Shown here one piece after another: positions 41,944 to 54,509 of a stretch of DNA of 64,000 nucleotides. The notes beneath the pieces are model-generated. The model searched no databases and was not told the origin of the DNA. It saw nothing but the letters and a program-made list of their open reading frames with translations. The position numbers were made by a program, and so were the translations under genes. The stretch lies in assembly GCA_002269645.1 (NCBI GenBank), contig NIVC01002196.1, forward strand, positions 62,001 through 126,000. Direction: 5' to 3'. Each line of letters starts with the position of its first letter. Position 1 is the first letter of the stretch. The DNA comes from Macrostomum lignano (Eukaryota).

Positions 41944-43351
41944 GTTAAAATAATAATCCTGCCTTTGAATAGGAATTCTAGCCAATACAGCTTTGTAAAT
42001 TTGGTGCTAGGTTTTGATGTACATTTAACAAGACGACAGGAGCAACTATACACATATTTGAGAGCAGCCGTGCCTAGAGTTGTTTGCTGAGCAGAGAGGA
42101 ACAAATGAAAAATATTGGTGGATGAGAATGGATTCAGAGCCAAGCTCTTTTAGAATGTAGCCTGTTGACTCACGCAGTGTGTTTCAGTTTCAGCTGCAGT
42201 CTAAACCCACCACCTCCGCCCCCCCTGCGCATACGCTCGTAGCTACCCCAAATGCAACCGCTGCAGTATGGCTCATCGCCCAGTTCCAGAGAATGTGAAA
42301 GGTTGGGAAATGGAGGCAGGGAGGGAGGCAGCAATCCCATTACCCTAGCTATTCCATTGTGATCCCAGAGTGGCTCCTTCACCCGCTCACGGCCTTTACT
42401 GCATCCAAAGAGAGGGAGAGTGGGAGAGATTGCCTATGAGAATGTGGATGGAGGGGGTGCATTGGATTGCATTGGATTCTTTAACGCGCCAAATTCAGGA
42501 ATTAGCTATGTACTTCTCGCCACGGTCTCGGGAGGGGGGCAGCCCGGGTTGACAGGAAGGATTTGAAACAGGAATTGGGAGACGATGCAGAGAGAGCGAT
42601 GGTGTTGAGAGCAAGAATAGGTGGTGGCTGCACTGAATCGACGGGCGCAAGGGTCCTCTACCATTGGCTAGGGCTCCCCCCGTAAATGCTTAGTTGTTTG
42701 GAGGATCCAAACTCAGTAGTTTGATGGGCCTGAGAATTCGCTCTGACAAATTCCTATCCTAGCCACCGTTCCTCTTCCTCTCTCGCTCCTCTCTCTTTCT
42801 TTCTCTTCATCAACAGTCGCGCTTCTCATTTTGGCTTTCCCTCCCCAAAGCCATCTCAGAGCTGCGCCTAACTGTACAGGTCTTATCCCACAAAAGCCCC
42901 ACCTCAGGATCTATTCCCTCATCGCTCACTCCCTGCTTCCCTCCCTCACTCTGCAGCAGCCATCAGCAACCATCCGAGTGCCATCAACCGCGCCCACCCC
43001 TGCGCCCAGTCCCGTGCATCAAATCCAGCCAACCTCGTACAAGAGTGAGGGAGCAGGAGAGGGAGGATGAAGTAATAAAGAATTGCTGCGAAATAGAGAC
43101 AGGAAAGAGGGAGACGAGAGACAGCTATCATAGCCTGGCCTCGCCAGCTGTTGCCCCAGCCGTCTTTGTCAGAACAAGAGACTTCTCAATCTGAGCCGCC
43201 CGACAGTCAAGACGAAATCCTCGGATACCTTCCAGCTTCCCTTGGTTCAAGGGGCCGAGGGAGTCTAATGCAGGGCGGCGACTTCCCTGTCTGACCTGTT
43301 CTCCCTGCCTCACTTGTTCACTCCACTCTCTGTGTGAGCCGGCCCGCCGCC

Positions 43352-44970
43352 ATGGAGGTGGCCATGGCAGGCATCGAGCAGGGGAACGGTGGCCCCGGCA
43401 GCTACATGGGCCAGCGTGGCAGAGTCAGCGAACTAGCCCACCTGCATGTGCCCTATTCCAGGTCTTTTCCAAAAATGACGGAGGACACGAGCCAGCAGCA
43501 TCAACAACAACTGATGCTGGACCGCGAGGACAATCGTTCGGCATTCGACTACGACTGCGAGCGTGTGGTCATCAATGTCAGCGGGCTGCGCTTTGAAACG
43601 CAGCTGAAGACACTCAATCAGTTCCCGGACACTCTACTGGGCAACTCGCAGAAGCGCAATCGTTACTACGACCCTCTACGCAACGAATACTTCTTCGACC
43701 GTAATCGGCCGTCATTCGACGCCATTCTGTACTTTTATCAGAGCGGCGGGCGACTAAGAAGGCCAGTCAACGTTCCAATTGACGTTTTCTCGGAGGAGAT
43801 TCGGTTCTACGAGCTTGGAGAAGAGGCCATCGAAAAGTACCGCGACGATGAAGGCTTTATTAAAGAGGAGGTGAAGGTACTACCGAGAACGAGTTCCAAC
43901 GCAAGGTTTGGTTGCTTTTCGAATACCCCAGAGCTCCATGGCAGCTCGTGTTATTGCCATTATTTCAGTGTGCGTCATCCTGCTCAGCATAGTAATTTTC
44001 TGCGTGGAAACGCTGCCTCACTTCCGACGCTACAAGGTTGTCAACAGTAGCTTTGGTAATACCACGTATGGCCAGGTAATCGAGGAGGACGACATACCGC
44101 AGTTTGGCGAGCCTTCTTCATCATAGAGACCATCTGCATAGTATGGTTCACCTTCGAGCTGATGGTTCGGTTCGCGTCCTCACCGGAGAAACTTGGCTTT
44201 TTTAAGAACATAATGAACTCCATCGATATCGTAGCCATCATTCCCTACTTCATCACGCTGGGCACGGTGATTGCCGATGACAGCCGCAGTAACCAAGCAA
44301 TGTCACTGGCCATCCTCCGGGTGATTCGGCTTGTCCGCGTTTTTCGCATCTTCAAGCTCAGCCGACACTTCAAAGGCCTGCAGATTCTCGGCCAGACGCT
44401 TAAAGCTTCCGTTCGAGAGCTGGGCCTCCTGGTGTTCTCTTATTCATCAGCGTGATTCTGTTCTCCTCAGCCGTCTACTTCGCCGAAGCGGACTCTACGA
44501 AGTCGCATTTTGACTCCATCCCGTCGGCATTCTGGTGGCAGTAGTAACCATGACGACAGTAGGCTACGGCGACATGCGCCCCGTAACCGTCTGGGGCAAG
44601 CTAGTAGGCTCCTTGTGCGCCATCGCAGGCGTCCTGACGATTGCCCTGCCCGTACCCGTCATCGTGTCCAACTTCAACTACTTCTATCACCGGGAGACGG
44701 AGTCGGAGGACAAACAGACCTACGTGCATGTGCAGTCCTGCCCTCCTACAGAGACGGCGGTAAGAAGAACTCGCTGGTGTCTGCCAGCCGAGTGTCGGAG
44801 GCCTCCGAGGTGGACCTGGCCACGGAGGGACACTTCCTCATGCAGGATCAGCCGCAGCAGCAGGCGAGTAATCAAAGCACGAAACAGAACCACGCAGGCA
44901 AGCTGCAGGCGCCCAACAGAATTCTTCCAGCAGGGGCAACACAACAGCATGCTTTGAGACAGACGTCTGA
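43352..44970 (+). CDS. Sh: Shaker/Kv1 voltage-gated K+ channel with an intronless core; this copy has 5 clear and 2 inferred single-base deletions (sequence error or pseudogene)
   Basis: Kozak gccgccATGG at 43352; T1 domain ([36 protein letters not shown]); S4 [19 protein letters not shown]; pore TMTTVGYGD; S6 [11 protein letters not shown]; terminal ETDV-TGA at 44970. Confidence 0.95.
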
Positions 44971-47900
44971 CCTCTGGCTTAAGCAGCTTCCGCCAACCTG
45001 TCCTCTTCCCTTCCACACGCCTACTCGGCTCTTCCTGCAGTACGTGGGGACTGTACATACATACAGGTGAGTTGCTATCTTTCGTTATGATTTAAAGTTG
45101 TTAAGTTTTTAATAGTTTTTAAGCTTTATAATAACGTACATTTTTGCCAAAATGGAACAAAGTAAACGATGCAGCATGCATAACTATTGTGACTGTATTG
45201 TAGTTAGACATCGAAATTAAACAGCCCAATCGAAAGCTCATTGTTGGCTCGCTTTAGCCTATGGTCTAGCAGGCAGAATTGATGCAAAAATCCCGTAAAC
45301 GCAAACTAGATACCTGTACTTTTAGTACGGGCAATGTCGGGTACTCGACTACATAGTATACTGTACTCAAGTGCATTCATCCACATTTGCATGCGAACTA
45401 ATGTGCTCATTTGTATTCCCCTTCAAGAATTCTTGTGCTTTAATGATTTGGTGGAATGAAGGGCGATGCTGAATAATTAAGAATAAGCCGGAGGAAGAAT
45501 GTGGGAAATGGGAAGCCGGGAGAGGCAGGGAGCGGGGAAGAATAGATATACTAAAAATAAATACGCCCAGCAACCGCCAACTTTTGCATCCAGCGCATCC
45601 AGGGAGCAGAGCAGAGAGCTGGCTACAGTGAGGGACCAGGATGTACTGGGTGGCTAACTTTCATTATAAATTCAGCCAATCCCGGAAGTGCCAGCTATTC
45701 ACTGTAAAAATAATGAGCACCAAAGTCCCAAACCGGCTCCAGCGCAGGAAGTGTGGCCTAGGCCTACAGTCCCAGCCTCAAGTGCAAACAGAGGGGTGCT
45801 CACTCAGTCACTCACGCTGGGAGGCGCGGCTAAGTGTGAAGGCTAGTTTCCTCTTTAAATATGAGCCTTACTTCATCAAAACTTCGTATAAAACACATGC
45901 ATAAATACAAGTCCATGCAGCTTCAGATATGTGAGGGTGAAGGGGGGGTTAAAACTTTGGTCCCCGGCAGGCCCTGAGGGCGCAGAGACCTTTGCTGAAA
46001 TAACCTGGGTGCGTGTGCGATAGTGTCAGAAAAAATGAGCATACGAGGAGACTGCCTGCCCCCCCCTCACTAGCTGAATTCTCCTGAGAATACTCGGCGC
46101 CCCTGTTCTGTTCCGGCTCTCCCCCATCCTCACAACACGTACTCAATTTTTCTTACGCACTTATCTCGACTTTCACTTTTGCCGCTCGCATCCAGCTTTT
46201 GTTTCCTATCGTCCCTCCCCTCGTTCACGATCTGTAACTATTGCAGCAGTATTATATATTATTTTGCCGCAAAAACTTATATTTTTACATTCGACGCTTT
46301 AGTTGCCATAATCCCCAAGGCAACGGCGCTATATATGTATTGTAGTGATCATATTCCGAGTAAGCAGCAAGGAGCAAGGAGCGAGTACTTATCGAGATGA
46401 ATTCATGACGGCTGTCCGTAGAAACGCCTTTCTGCCATTTATTGATAAAAGCAGGCTAAAAAGGTTGGCCTGATTCTTTCCGGAGGGGTCAATACTGACC
46501 TGGGGGGTCCCAGATTTGACATGCAACTGGCGCATTTAGCGTCCATGCTAAGTGTACTCTGCTACTCACATGAGCCGGCCTTATCACCATCTCTCTTCCC
46601 CATCTCTTTTTCAATCGATTTTTTCTCCCTCGAAACTTCCGCTTTTCATTCCATCTAATCCTCACTGCCTCTCTCTCTTAATCTCTCTTCCTGCTCCCCG
46701 GTTTCTCTCCTTGCAGTTGTGTGCAAACTTTGCTGCCAGTAGCTGGTCCCTGGCGATACGCGTGCGCCCTGAGGTTTGGGCTGTCATAGACGGCGCATGA
46801 TTAGAATTGGGTGCTGTATTGGGCGACAGCTGCGCAGATGCCTGTCACAGGGGAGCCAGCAGTTTCTGTCCAAAGCCCACTAGCTCTGCTTGGCGAATGA
46901 TTCCTAGTTAGTAACTTGCTCGCTGTTTGGTCTCCCTGGGAATAGACTTGTAAACGCGATTTGCTTGTCTAAGTCCATCTATAGAATACTAATTTGTGCA
47001 AAAAGCAAATCCACGGATTTCTATTCCGCCTAGGCCTCCGAGTGCATATGATTAAAATTGATGACCAGATTCTTTACAATTAGCTATTCCAAAGCATGCT
47101 CAGAAATTTCCCCATTCAATTTAGTCTTTGAAGGCGATTCTATTCAAACTTAATATCCAGATTTTTGCGTAGACTTAGATGGCAACTTAATGCACGTTTC
47201 TACATCCCATTGTTGAAATTAAATTTTATGAGTAACAGCTAAGAAGCCATGCACGCGAAAGTGAAATTATTATAGAACTAATAATGTACTTTCACCGTAA
47301 ATTCATCGAGGTCTTTTTATCTCTTTTTAATCAACGGTTCTTTACAGCTTCTAGTTAGATGATAAGGAAGTCGAGAAAATCAGGGCCACCGTATACCCTG
47401 TGTGAGTGTGTTGATCGTAGCCAAATGCCCACTGGTATTAAGTAAACTCAATCTACTAGAAATGACCCGTACAGCATGTTTCTTTGAGCTCGACAGAGCG
47501 GAAAAGTGCACTGGAGCCATCTGCAAGCGAAAGCAATTCAGTAATTCGACATCCACAACTCTTTAATAATTTTAGATACACCCGATAAGCCCCCCGAGGC
47601 CGATCAAACACCAGTTCGTGTATCGCGAACAGCCAATCGACAGCTGCAGCTCACAGGGCCCAGCCTGTCCAAGTACCTGTCTTGGCGTCCGGTACATGGG
47701 TCTGCTGCACTTCATTCTGCAGTCGGTCGGTCCGATTCACCCTCGGTTCTTTCAAGTAACAAGCAAAATGCAGCGCGGCACACAGAGAAAATTTTGGTTG
47801 TTCAAGAAGATTCCCAACGAATTAAGAGTTTGAAGAGGGACGTACGTGAATTATTTGGGGAAAAACTCTGCGTCGCTGCGTACCTGAACGAAACGATAAG

Positions 47901-48939
47901 GTTAGACTGGAAAACTATATAGCTCGTAGTTTCTGCAACAGAAATTCGAGTTTTGTTTCTTGGAATTTCTCGAATACATTTTTGGAGCAAATAAACCATA
48001 GCTGGGTGTATAAACGAATATATGTCTCTGTGGTGGCATGTAAAATCATAATTTGGGTCTAGAATAAATTAATTCGTCAACCCAAACAAAGTTAGTTACT
48101 GGGTCCTTCACTGATACCCAACAGAAGCCAAATAACCGTCCATGTTGGCAGCGACACAGTCGGTAGAGATAAATATTCGATACTTCACACAAGTAACGTA
48201 TTAAACAAAACTGCCTATTAAGCTTTATCTTGCACGTTTTGTAAAAATGAACTATTAATTATTCCTCTCGATCTGATTATCAACGATTTTCTGAAGCGTT
48301 GCAACCCTGTGCGTTCTTAGAGAATCCGCTTGGAATGCATAAAGCTTTCTTAGCTCGCTAACACAGGCCCGAGCAGATTGAGCAGCTACACATCTCTTCT
48401 ATGTTCGTGATTTATTTTAAAGCCTTGAAAGAATTGCTTCTAGCAAAGTTGTCTATTTCTTTTTTCCTGGCTTCCCGACCCTTAATTAGGGCTTGCTGTG
48501 TAATGGATTGTTAGACAACATTTAGAAACAATTATGTAATGCAATTTGTAGGAAATTATTCGCTATCACTTATTGTGACTGGTTAATGCTGCTGTCATCA
48601 TGCAGGCATTAGTTAAAGAATTAGCGTTAGTATGAATAGGTAACTTGCATTTGGGTTCCAACATTCACTTGATTCGTTTTTTCAACTAGCTAGCTTAAAA
48701 AATCTCAAACTACCGAATCGCCGGGTTTTGTTTGCTTATTCAGAACAGGTCCTGCAGTAAAAAACTGCGTTTAGTCTGTCACATCGCGGGCAAGAAATTT
48801 TCTACCTCGGTGCTTATGTTAGTTTCATTTGATTTCCTCCTTAATTTTATGCTACCCCTTGAAATTCCTTAAATTAAAGAGTAGCCCCTGCTGAACAAAC
48901 ATGCCTATGATATGGTTTCACTTGGTGTACACTGTTCTC

Positions 48940-49460
48940 TCTTGTCCCGAGAAGCAGCTTAGACCTCTCCCCGATAGTACACTGGTTTGTTCTCTCTCGT
49001 CCCCGAGAAGCAGCTATTGGCTCTCCCCCATTGTGCACTGGTTTGTTCTCTCTCGTCCCCGAGAAGCAGCTATAGGCTCTCCCCCATTGTACACTGGTTT
49101 GTTCTCTCTCGTCCCCGAGAAGCAGCTATAGGCTCCCCCATTGTACACTGGTTTGTTCTCTCTCGTCCCCGAGAAGCAGCTATAGGCTCTCCCCCATTGT
49201 ACACTGGTTTGTTCTCTCTCGTCCCCGAGAAGCAGCTATAGGCTCTCCCCCATTGTACACTGGTTTGTTCTCTCTCGTCCCCGAGAAGCAGCTATAGGCT
49301 CTCCCCCATTGTACACTGGTTTGTTCTCTCTCGTCCCCGAGAAGCAGCTATAGGCTCTCCCCCATTGTGCACTGGTTTGTTCTCTCTCGTCCCCGAGAAG
49401 CAGCTATAGGCTCTCCCCCATTGTACACTGGTTTGTTCTCTCTCGTCCCCGACAAGCAGT
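48940..49460. repeat. 56-bp minisatellite, about 9 copies (TGGTTTGTTCTCTCTCGTCCCCGAGAAGCAGCTATAGGCTCTCCCCCATTGTACAC)
   Basis: Direct; no unique spacers. Confidence 0.96.
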
Positions 49461-50487
49461 TAGTTATACGCTCACATAGACTAGGTTTGTTCAGAAGGTA
49501 CATATAGTAGCTTTATATTAAAAATGCTATGGCCAAAAGTAGGAATTCATGCTATCATTAACTGTATAGCTTGCATTGGCCAAACGAAACCGATCAACAA
49601 AAGCTAGCTATAGTTTTATACCGGTCAAGAATTAGTGCGATGGTCTTGCAGAAGAGTCTTTTCCATCTCTACATGTACTGCAACATTATAAACTAAATGT
49701 GTATCTCAGCGCGTATTTTTTTCGTTTTTTGTCTATTTTCGCTGTTCTGCTACATTTTTGTGCGTCTTCATTGGCAGCCTGCTTGCCTATAGAGGACTGG
49801 TTAACCGTGAGCAGGCATTTAGCAAAACTGTCAAACAAGGCGAGTTCAATAGAATCATGCTAGCGCGGTATGAGAAGCCGATTGTCGGGTTGCAGTGTTA
49901 GCAACTCTCTATGCAACATGAGACAAGGCAGTCGGTGTTAAACTCTGCTGAAATGACAGTGTCTTTATATACAACCTACCCGTTTCCCAACTTTCTGTCT
50001 CTCGATTGTCTGCTTTTGTCAGTATTAAAGCACTGTGTAAATTTATGGAATAAATAAACAGGGTGCGTGCACATCACACACTACTGGCAATAGCACTCAT
50101 AAGTCAGGAAAAGCCTTAACTTCTTTGCCTATCTTTTGGGACTCTTTCAGAGTTTTATAAATAGTGAGCTTCATAGCGAGTGTGACAATGTCTGGTGCTG
50201 AAAGCAGAAAGTGAGGCAAAGTCTGGCGCGTGGATTCTACACATAGTTATCCGGTATGGCAGATTACATACGGAGCGCTTTTATTTTTTCTCCAGCATTA
50301 GGAGTGAACTTTGTGTGTGTTTTCCCGCAAGCTCATACTTTCAACAAGATGAAAGGTTTATCTCGTGTACTACTTTAGCAAATGAGCATCATAGGGAGTT
50401 AAAGAACGAAAAAGAGATGAGCTTTTTAGGATAGAGTGTTAAGGTTGCGTGACTGCGGTTCAGTACAAACTCATCGCTATTGCTGTC

Positions 50488-53400
50488 TCAGGCTGCGCGC
50501 TGGCTGGCTTTAGTCTTCGCGTTTCTCTCCACCGCATAGTTGACCAGCACCCTGCAGCGGAATTTGGTTGGAATTTGGTTGGGATTAGGCCAGGATTAGC
50601 TCGGGATTAGGTTGTGATTAGTTTGTGATTGTTTGGACTTAGGTTGCGATTAGGTCGGAATTAGGGTTGGATTAGGTTGGGATTAGCGAGAGAATAGGTT
50701 GGGATTAGGTTGGGATTAGGGTGGAATTAGGTTGGGATTAGGCTGGGATTAGTTCGGAATTAGGGTGGAATTAGGTTGGGATTAGGTTGGGATTAGGTTG
50801 AGATTAGATTGGGATTAAGTTAGGATTAGGTTGGGATTAGGTTGGGATTAGGTTGGGATTAGGCTGGGATTAGTTCGGAATTAGGGTGGAATTAGGTTGG
50901 GATTAGGTTGGGATTAGGTTGAGATTAGATTGGGATTAAGTTAGGATTAGGTTGGGATTAGGTTGGGATTAGGTTGGGATTAGGTTGGGATTAGAGTGGG
51001 ATTAGGGTGGAATTAGATTGAGAGTCAAGGTGGTTATGTACAGCCTGCTAGTCTATTTAAATGCAGCTCTCCAAAAGCAATAAAGTTTCAACTGATGAAA
51101 ACAAATAAACAATAAACTTACTCTGCTTCCTTTCGGTGGTGTTTCTGCAAGGTGAAAAGGGATGAGTGCAAATGTGACATATTCAGGTAAAACTCAATTA
51201 AGAATACAGACGTAGCAAATTAGTTGTAGCGACCAATTATATTTCAGGAGTGAAAGATGCAGAAAACGAGATTTACCTCCTTTAGCTTCTTAATCATGCG
51301 AGTCTGCTCCCGCTCGCCGATCTCAATCTTCTGCGGCCCGCCGGTCGGCTTGCTACCCTCGATGCTGTCCTTCAGGCTATGCCGCGTTATCAGGCGGTGC
51401 TTGTTCTCCTCCATGATGCGACGCGGCAGCTTATAGATTGGGTTCTGATAGATGAGTCGGTGTCGGAGCGATACCACGTGCTCCTCGTTGTCCATCCGGC
51501 GCTTGTAGCGTCTGCCGTAGCGGCTGGCGAAGGGCTCCTGCACCCGGTAGCGGCTGTGCGGCTTCACCCGGGTGCGCTTCGGCCAGCGGTTCACCTCGCG
51601 CTCAACAAACTTGCCATCCTGTTTGACAGGTTAGATTGGGGGTGCGGATGACATGCTCAATGACAACTGATATGGTAAGAAATCGACGATCTCGCGATCA
51701 GGATGTTGCACAGAGAAAGTTCTCTGAGGTCACCTGGCTGCAACAACTGCAGAAACGTTGTTCAACAACAGCTTGACTAGTCGCTACCATGAACTACGTA
51801 AAGACCTCATAAAGATTTGAAAATTAACTAGCAATCTGCACCCCCGTTCAGAGACAACAAAGAAAGAAATAAAAATGTTTGAGTTAACTACACGTAGGAA
51901 TTATGACCTTCTGCAGTCACCATTGATAATTTCTTAGGGGAAAACGATTCTTTAAGCAAAAAAAGCGTTCAATTCGATTGACTGCTCACACCCGCACTAT
52001 CATACACTTCGCTAGAGAGTGCAAGCAATAATCGACATAGGCGTAGGAACGTTTCAAAAAGTGGGGGGGGGCAGGTTCAGTGGCATATTTGAGGGGGGGG
52101 GGCGCACAGGGCGCACGCACCCGTCGAGTTTAGATTTTTTATATGGAAAATGCACATTACGCTCGTATCATGTACCGATTATTTTCAGAATCCATTTTGT
52201 CACCACTCATTTTATAAAGCGCCGCAAGCACTCATTTTAGCGCCGCAGGTACTCATTTTAGCGCCGCAGGTACTCATTTTAGCGCCGCAGGTACTCATTT
52301 TAGCGCCCAGGCACTCATTTTGGCGCCGCAGGCACTCATTTTAGCGCCACAGACACTCATTTTAGCGCCACAGACACTCATTTTAGCGCCACAGACACTC
52401 ATTTTAGCGCCGCAGGCACTCATTTTAGCGCCCCAGGCACTCATTTTGGCGCCGCAGGCACTCATTTTGGCGCCGCAGGCACTCATTTTAGCGCCACAGA
52501 CACTCATTTTAGCGCCGCAGGCACTCATTTTAGCGCCCCAGGCACTCATTTTGGCGCCGCAGGCACTCATTTTGGCGCCGCAGGCACTCATTTTAGCGCC
52601 ACAGACACTCATTTTAGCGCCGCAGGCACTCATTTTAGCGCCCCAGGCACTCATTTTGGCGCCGCAGGCACTCATTTTGGCGCCGCAGGCACTCATTTTG
52701 GCGCCGCAGGCACTCATTTTAGCGCCACAGACACTCATTTTAGCGCCGCAGGCACTCATTTTAGCGCCGCAGGCACTCATTTTAGCGCCGCAGGCACTCA
52801 TTTTAGCGCCGCAGGCACTCATTTTGGCGCCGCAGGCACTCATTTTAGCGCCGCAGGCACTCATTTTGGCGCTGCAGGCACTCATTTTAGCGCCACAGAC
52901 ACTCATTTTAGCGCCGCAGGCACTCATTTTAGCGCCGCAGGCACTCATTTTAGCGCCGCAGGCACTCATTTTAGCGCCGCAGGCACTCATTTTGGCGCCG
53001 CAGGCACTCATTTTAGCGCCGCAGGCACTCATTTTGGCGCTGCAGGCACTCATTTTAGCGCCACAGACACTCATTTTGGCGCCGCAGGCACTCATTTTGG
53101 CGCTGCAGGCACTCATTTTAGCGCCACAGACACTCATTATGGCGCCGCAGGCACTCATTTTGGCGCCGCAGGCACTCATTTTAGCGCCGCAAGCACTCAT
53201 TTTAGCGCCGCAGGCACTCATTTTGGCGCTGCAGGCACTCATTTTAGCGCCACAGACACTCATTTTGGCGCCGCAGGCACTCATTTTGGCGCCGCAGGCA
53301 CTCATTTTGGCGCCGCAGGCACTCATTTTGGCGCCGCAGGCACTCATTTTAGCGCCACAGACACTCATTTTGGCGCCGCAGGCACTCATTTTGGCGCCGC

Positions 53401-54285
53401 AGGCACTCATTTTAGCGCTATTTTTGTCGGCCTGTAGCAAAATGCATTCATGCAAAGCAGCAAAAACAAAAATAAGCAAAAAGTCTACATTTTACATTTA
53501 AAATGTGGGGGGCCAGATACCATTACTGGCCTCACCATTTTAAAAAGTGGGGGTGCCATGGCCCCACTGTCCCACCCCCCTTCCTACGCCTATGATAATC
53601 AATAGAAATATAGTAACGGCTAAGTCAAATTGAAAAGCCATGAATCGGAAAGCCAGTAGTGAGAAGAAAGCCTGACCTGGTAGACAAAAGCGTATCTTGG
53701 CGGAAAAGCCACGATGTTGTCAGCCTGGCTACCTGAGACCTGAGACCCCTCGGCGCTGCCAGGCCTCTCGCCAACGCCGATGCTCAGACCGTCATCCCCG
53801 GCCGGCTTGCGCGGCCCGAAATGAAACCGCGGCCGGCGCTGCTGCCACAGCTCGAACCTGGCCATCTGGCGCTCTTTCTCGTCGGCGCTGATGCTGCCGG
53901 ACTCGTTGTGCTTCGCCTCCAGCCGGCACAGCGGCATCGATGTCGGAGCCAGTAGTTGATGCGATTCGGTTGACAAGGCCACCTCGGGCGTGTAGTTCTG
54001 ATTGCCGAGGTCCAGCAGTAGGCGGCAGTTGCTTCTGTTACTCAGGCCGCCTTTAACGTCTTCGTTGTTGACAAAGGCGGCAGCGGCCGCTGTGGCGACT
54101 GCTTCAAACGAGGATGTGGACGCTGAGCAGGCGTCATCATGATTCAGCATGTTGGCCTGTTTATTGTTGGCTAACGAGTCGGCTTGTTCATCTTTGGCTT
54201 GAAACAGGCGGAAAACCGTCCAAGGCTTGGATGACTTTAGTTGGTTGTCTTTAGTTGAGCTTCTGTTACGGCTGAAGAGTCCCAT
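50488..54285 (-). CDS. Four-exon gene of unknown function, about 345 aa, with a basic C-terminal half
   Basis: Exons 54285-53677 (donor CAG|gtcagg, phase 0), 51618-51277 (cag|GAT..GAG|gtaaat), 51144-51122 (cag|AAA..GA|gtaagt) and 50551-50488 (cag|G..TGA) join in frame. Minus-strand AATAAA at 50285-50280. No family recognised. Confidence 0.72.
50565..51020. repeat. 11-bp telomere-like minisatellite (TTAGGTTGGGA) in intron 50552-51121
   Basis: Direct. Confidence 0.92.
52036..53594. mobile_element. Non-autonomous hAT-like DNA transposon (MITE) with an internal 21-bp minisatellite
   Basis: Perfect 14-bp TIRs CATAGGCGTAGGAA (52036) and TTCCTACGCCTATG (53581). Flanks ATAATCGA and ATAATCAA form an 8-bp TSD with one mismatch; 8-bp TSDs are typical of hAT. 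Confidence 0.85.
52215..53420. repeat. 21-bp minisatellite (GCGCCGCAGGCACTCATTTTA) inside the MITE
   Basis: Direct; produces the APQALIL and MSACGAK ORFs. Confidence 0.97.
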
Positions 54286-54509
54286 TGGTGCCTTGGTACC
54301 GGACTCTGAGTTGTAATAAACTTCCGATGGTCTGGAATTCTATACAGCTTTACTTATGCAGTGCTTTCTGGCTTCTTAGGTTTGATGCTGAGACAACTGC
54401 ACCTGAATCAGTGCCATAGACAGCAAGACAAACTATTCAACACAGCTTAGCTTAGCTTCGTTCATGGCAAACCGCTAGTGCTAAAACGAATAATGGTTAT
54501 TGTTTACGC

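Noticed and set aside
47680-47760. Possible isolated minus-strand exon (TEVNRTDRLQNEVQQ..)
   Set aside because: Splice-like signals only; I could not link it to other exons or recognise a family.
52295-53501. About 393-aa heptad-repeat ORFs that could be mistaken for a transposase
   Set aside because: 21-bp array inside a non-autonomous MITE; no DDE domain.
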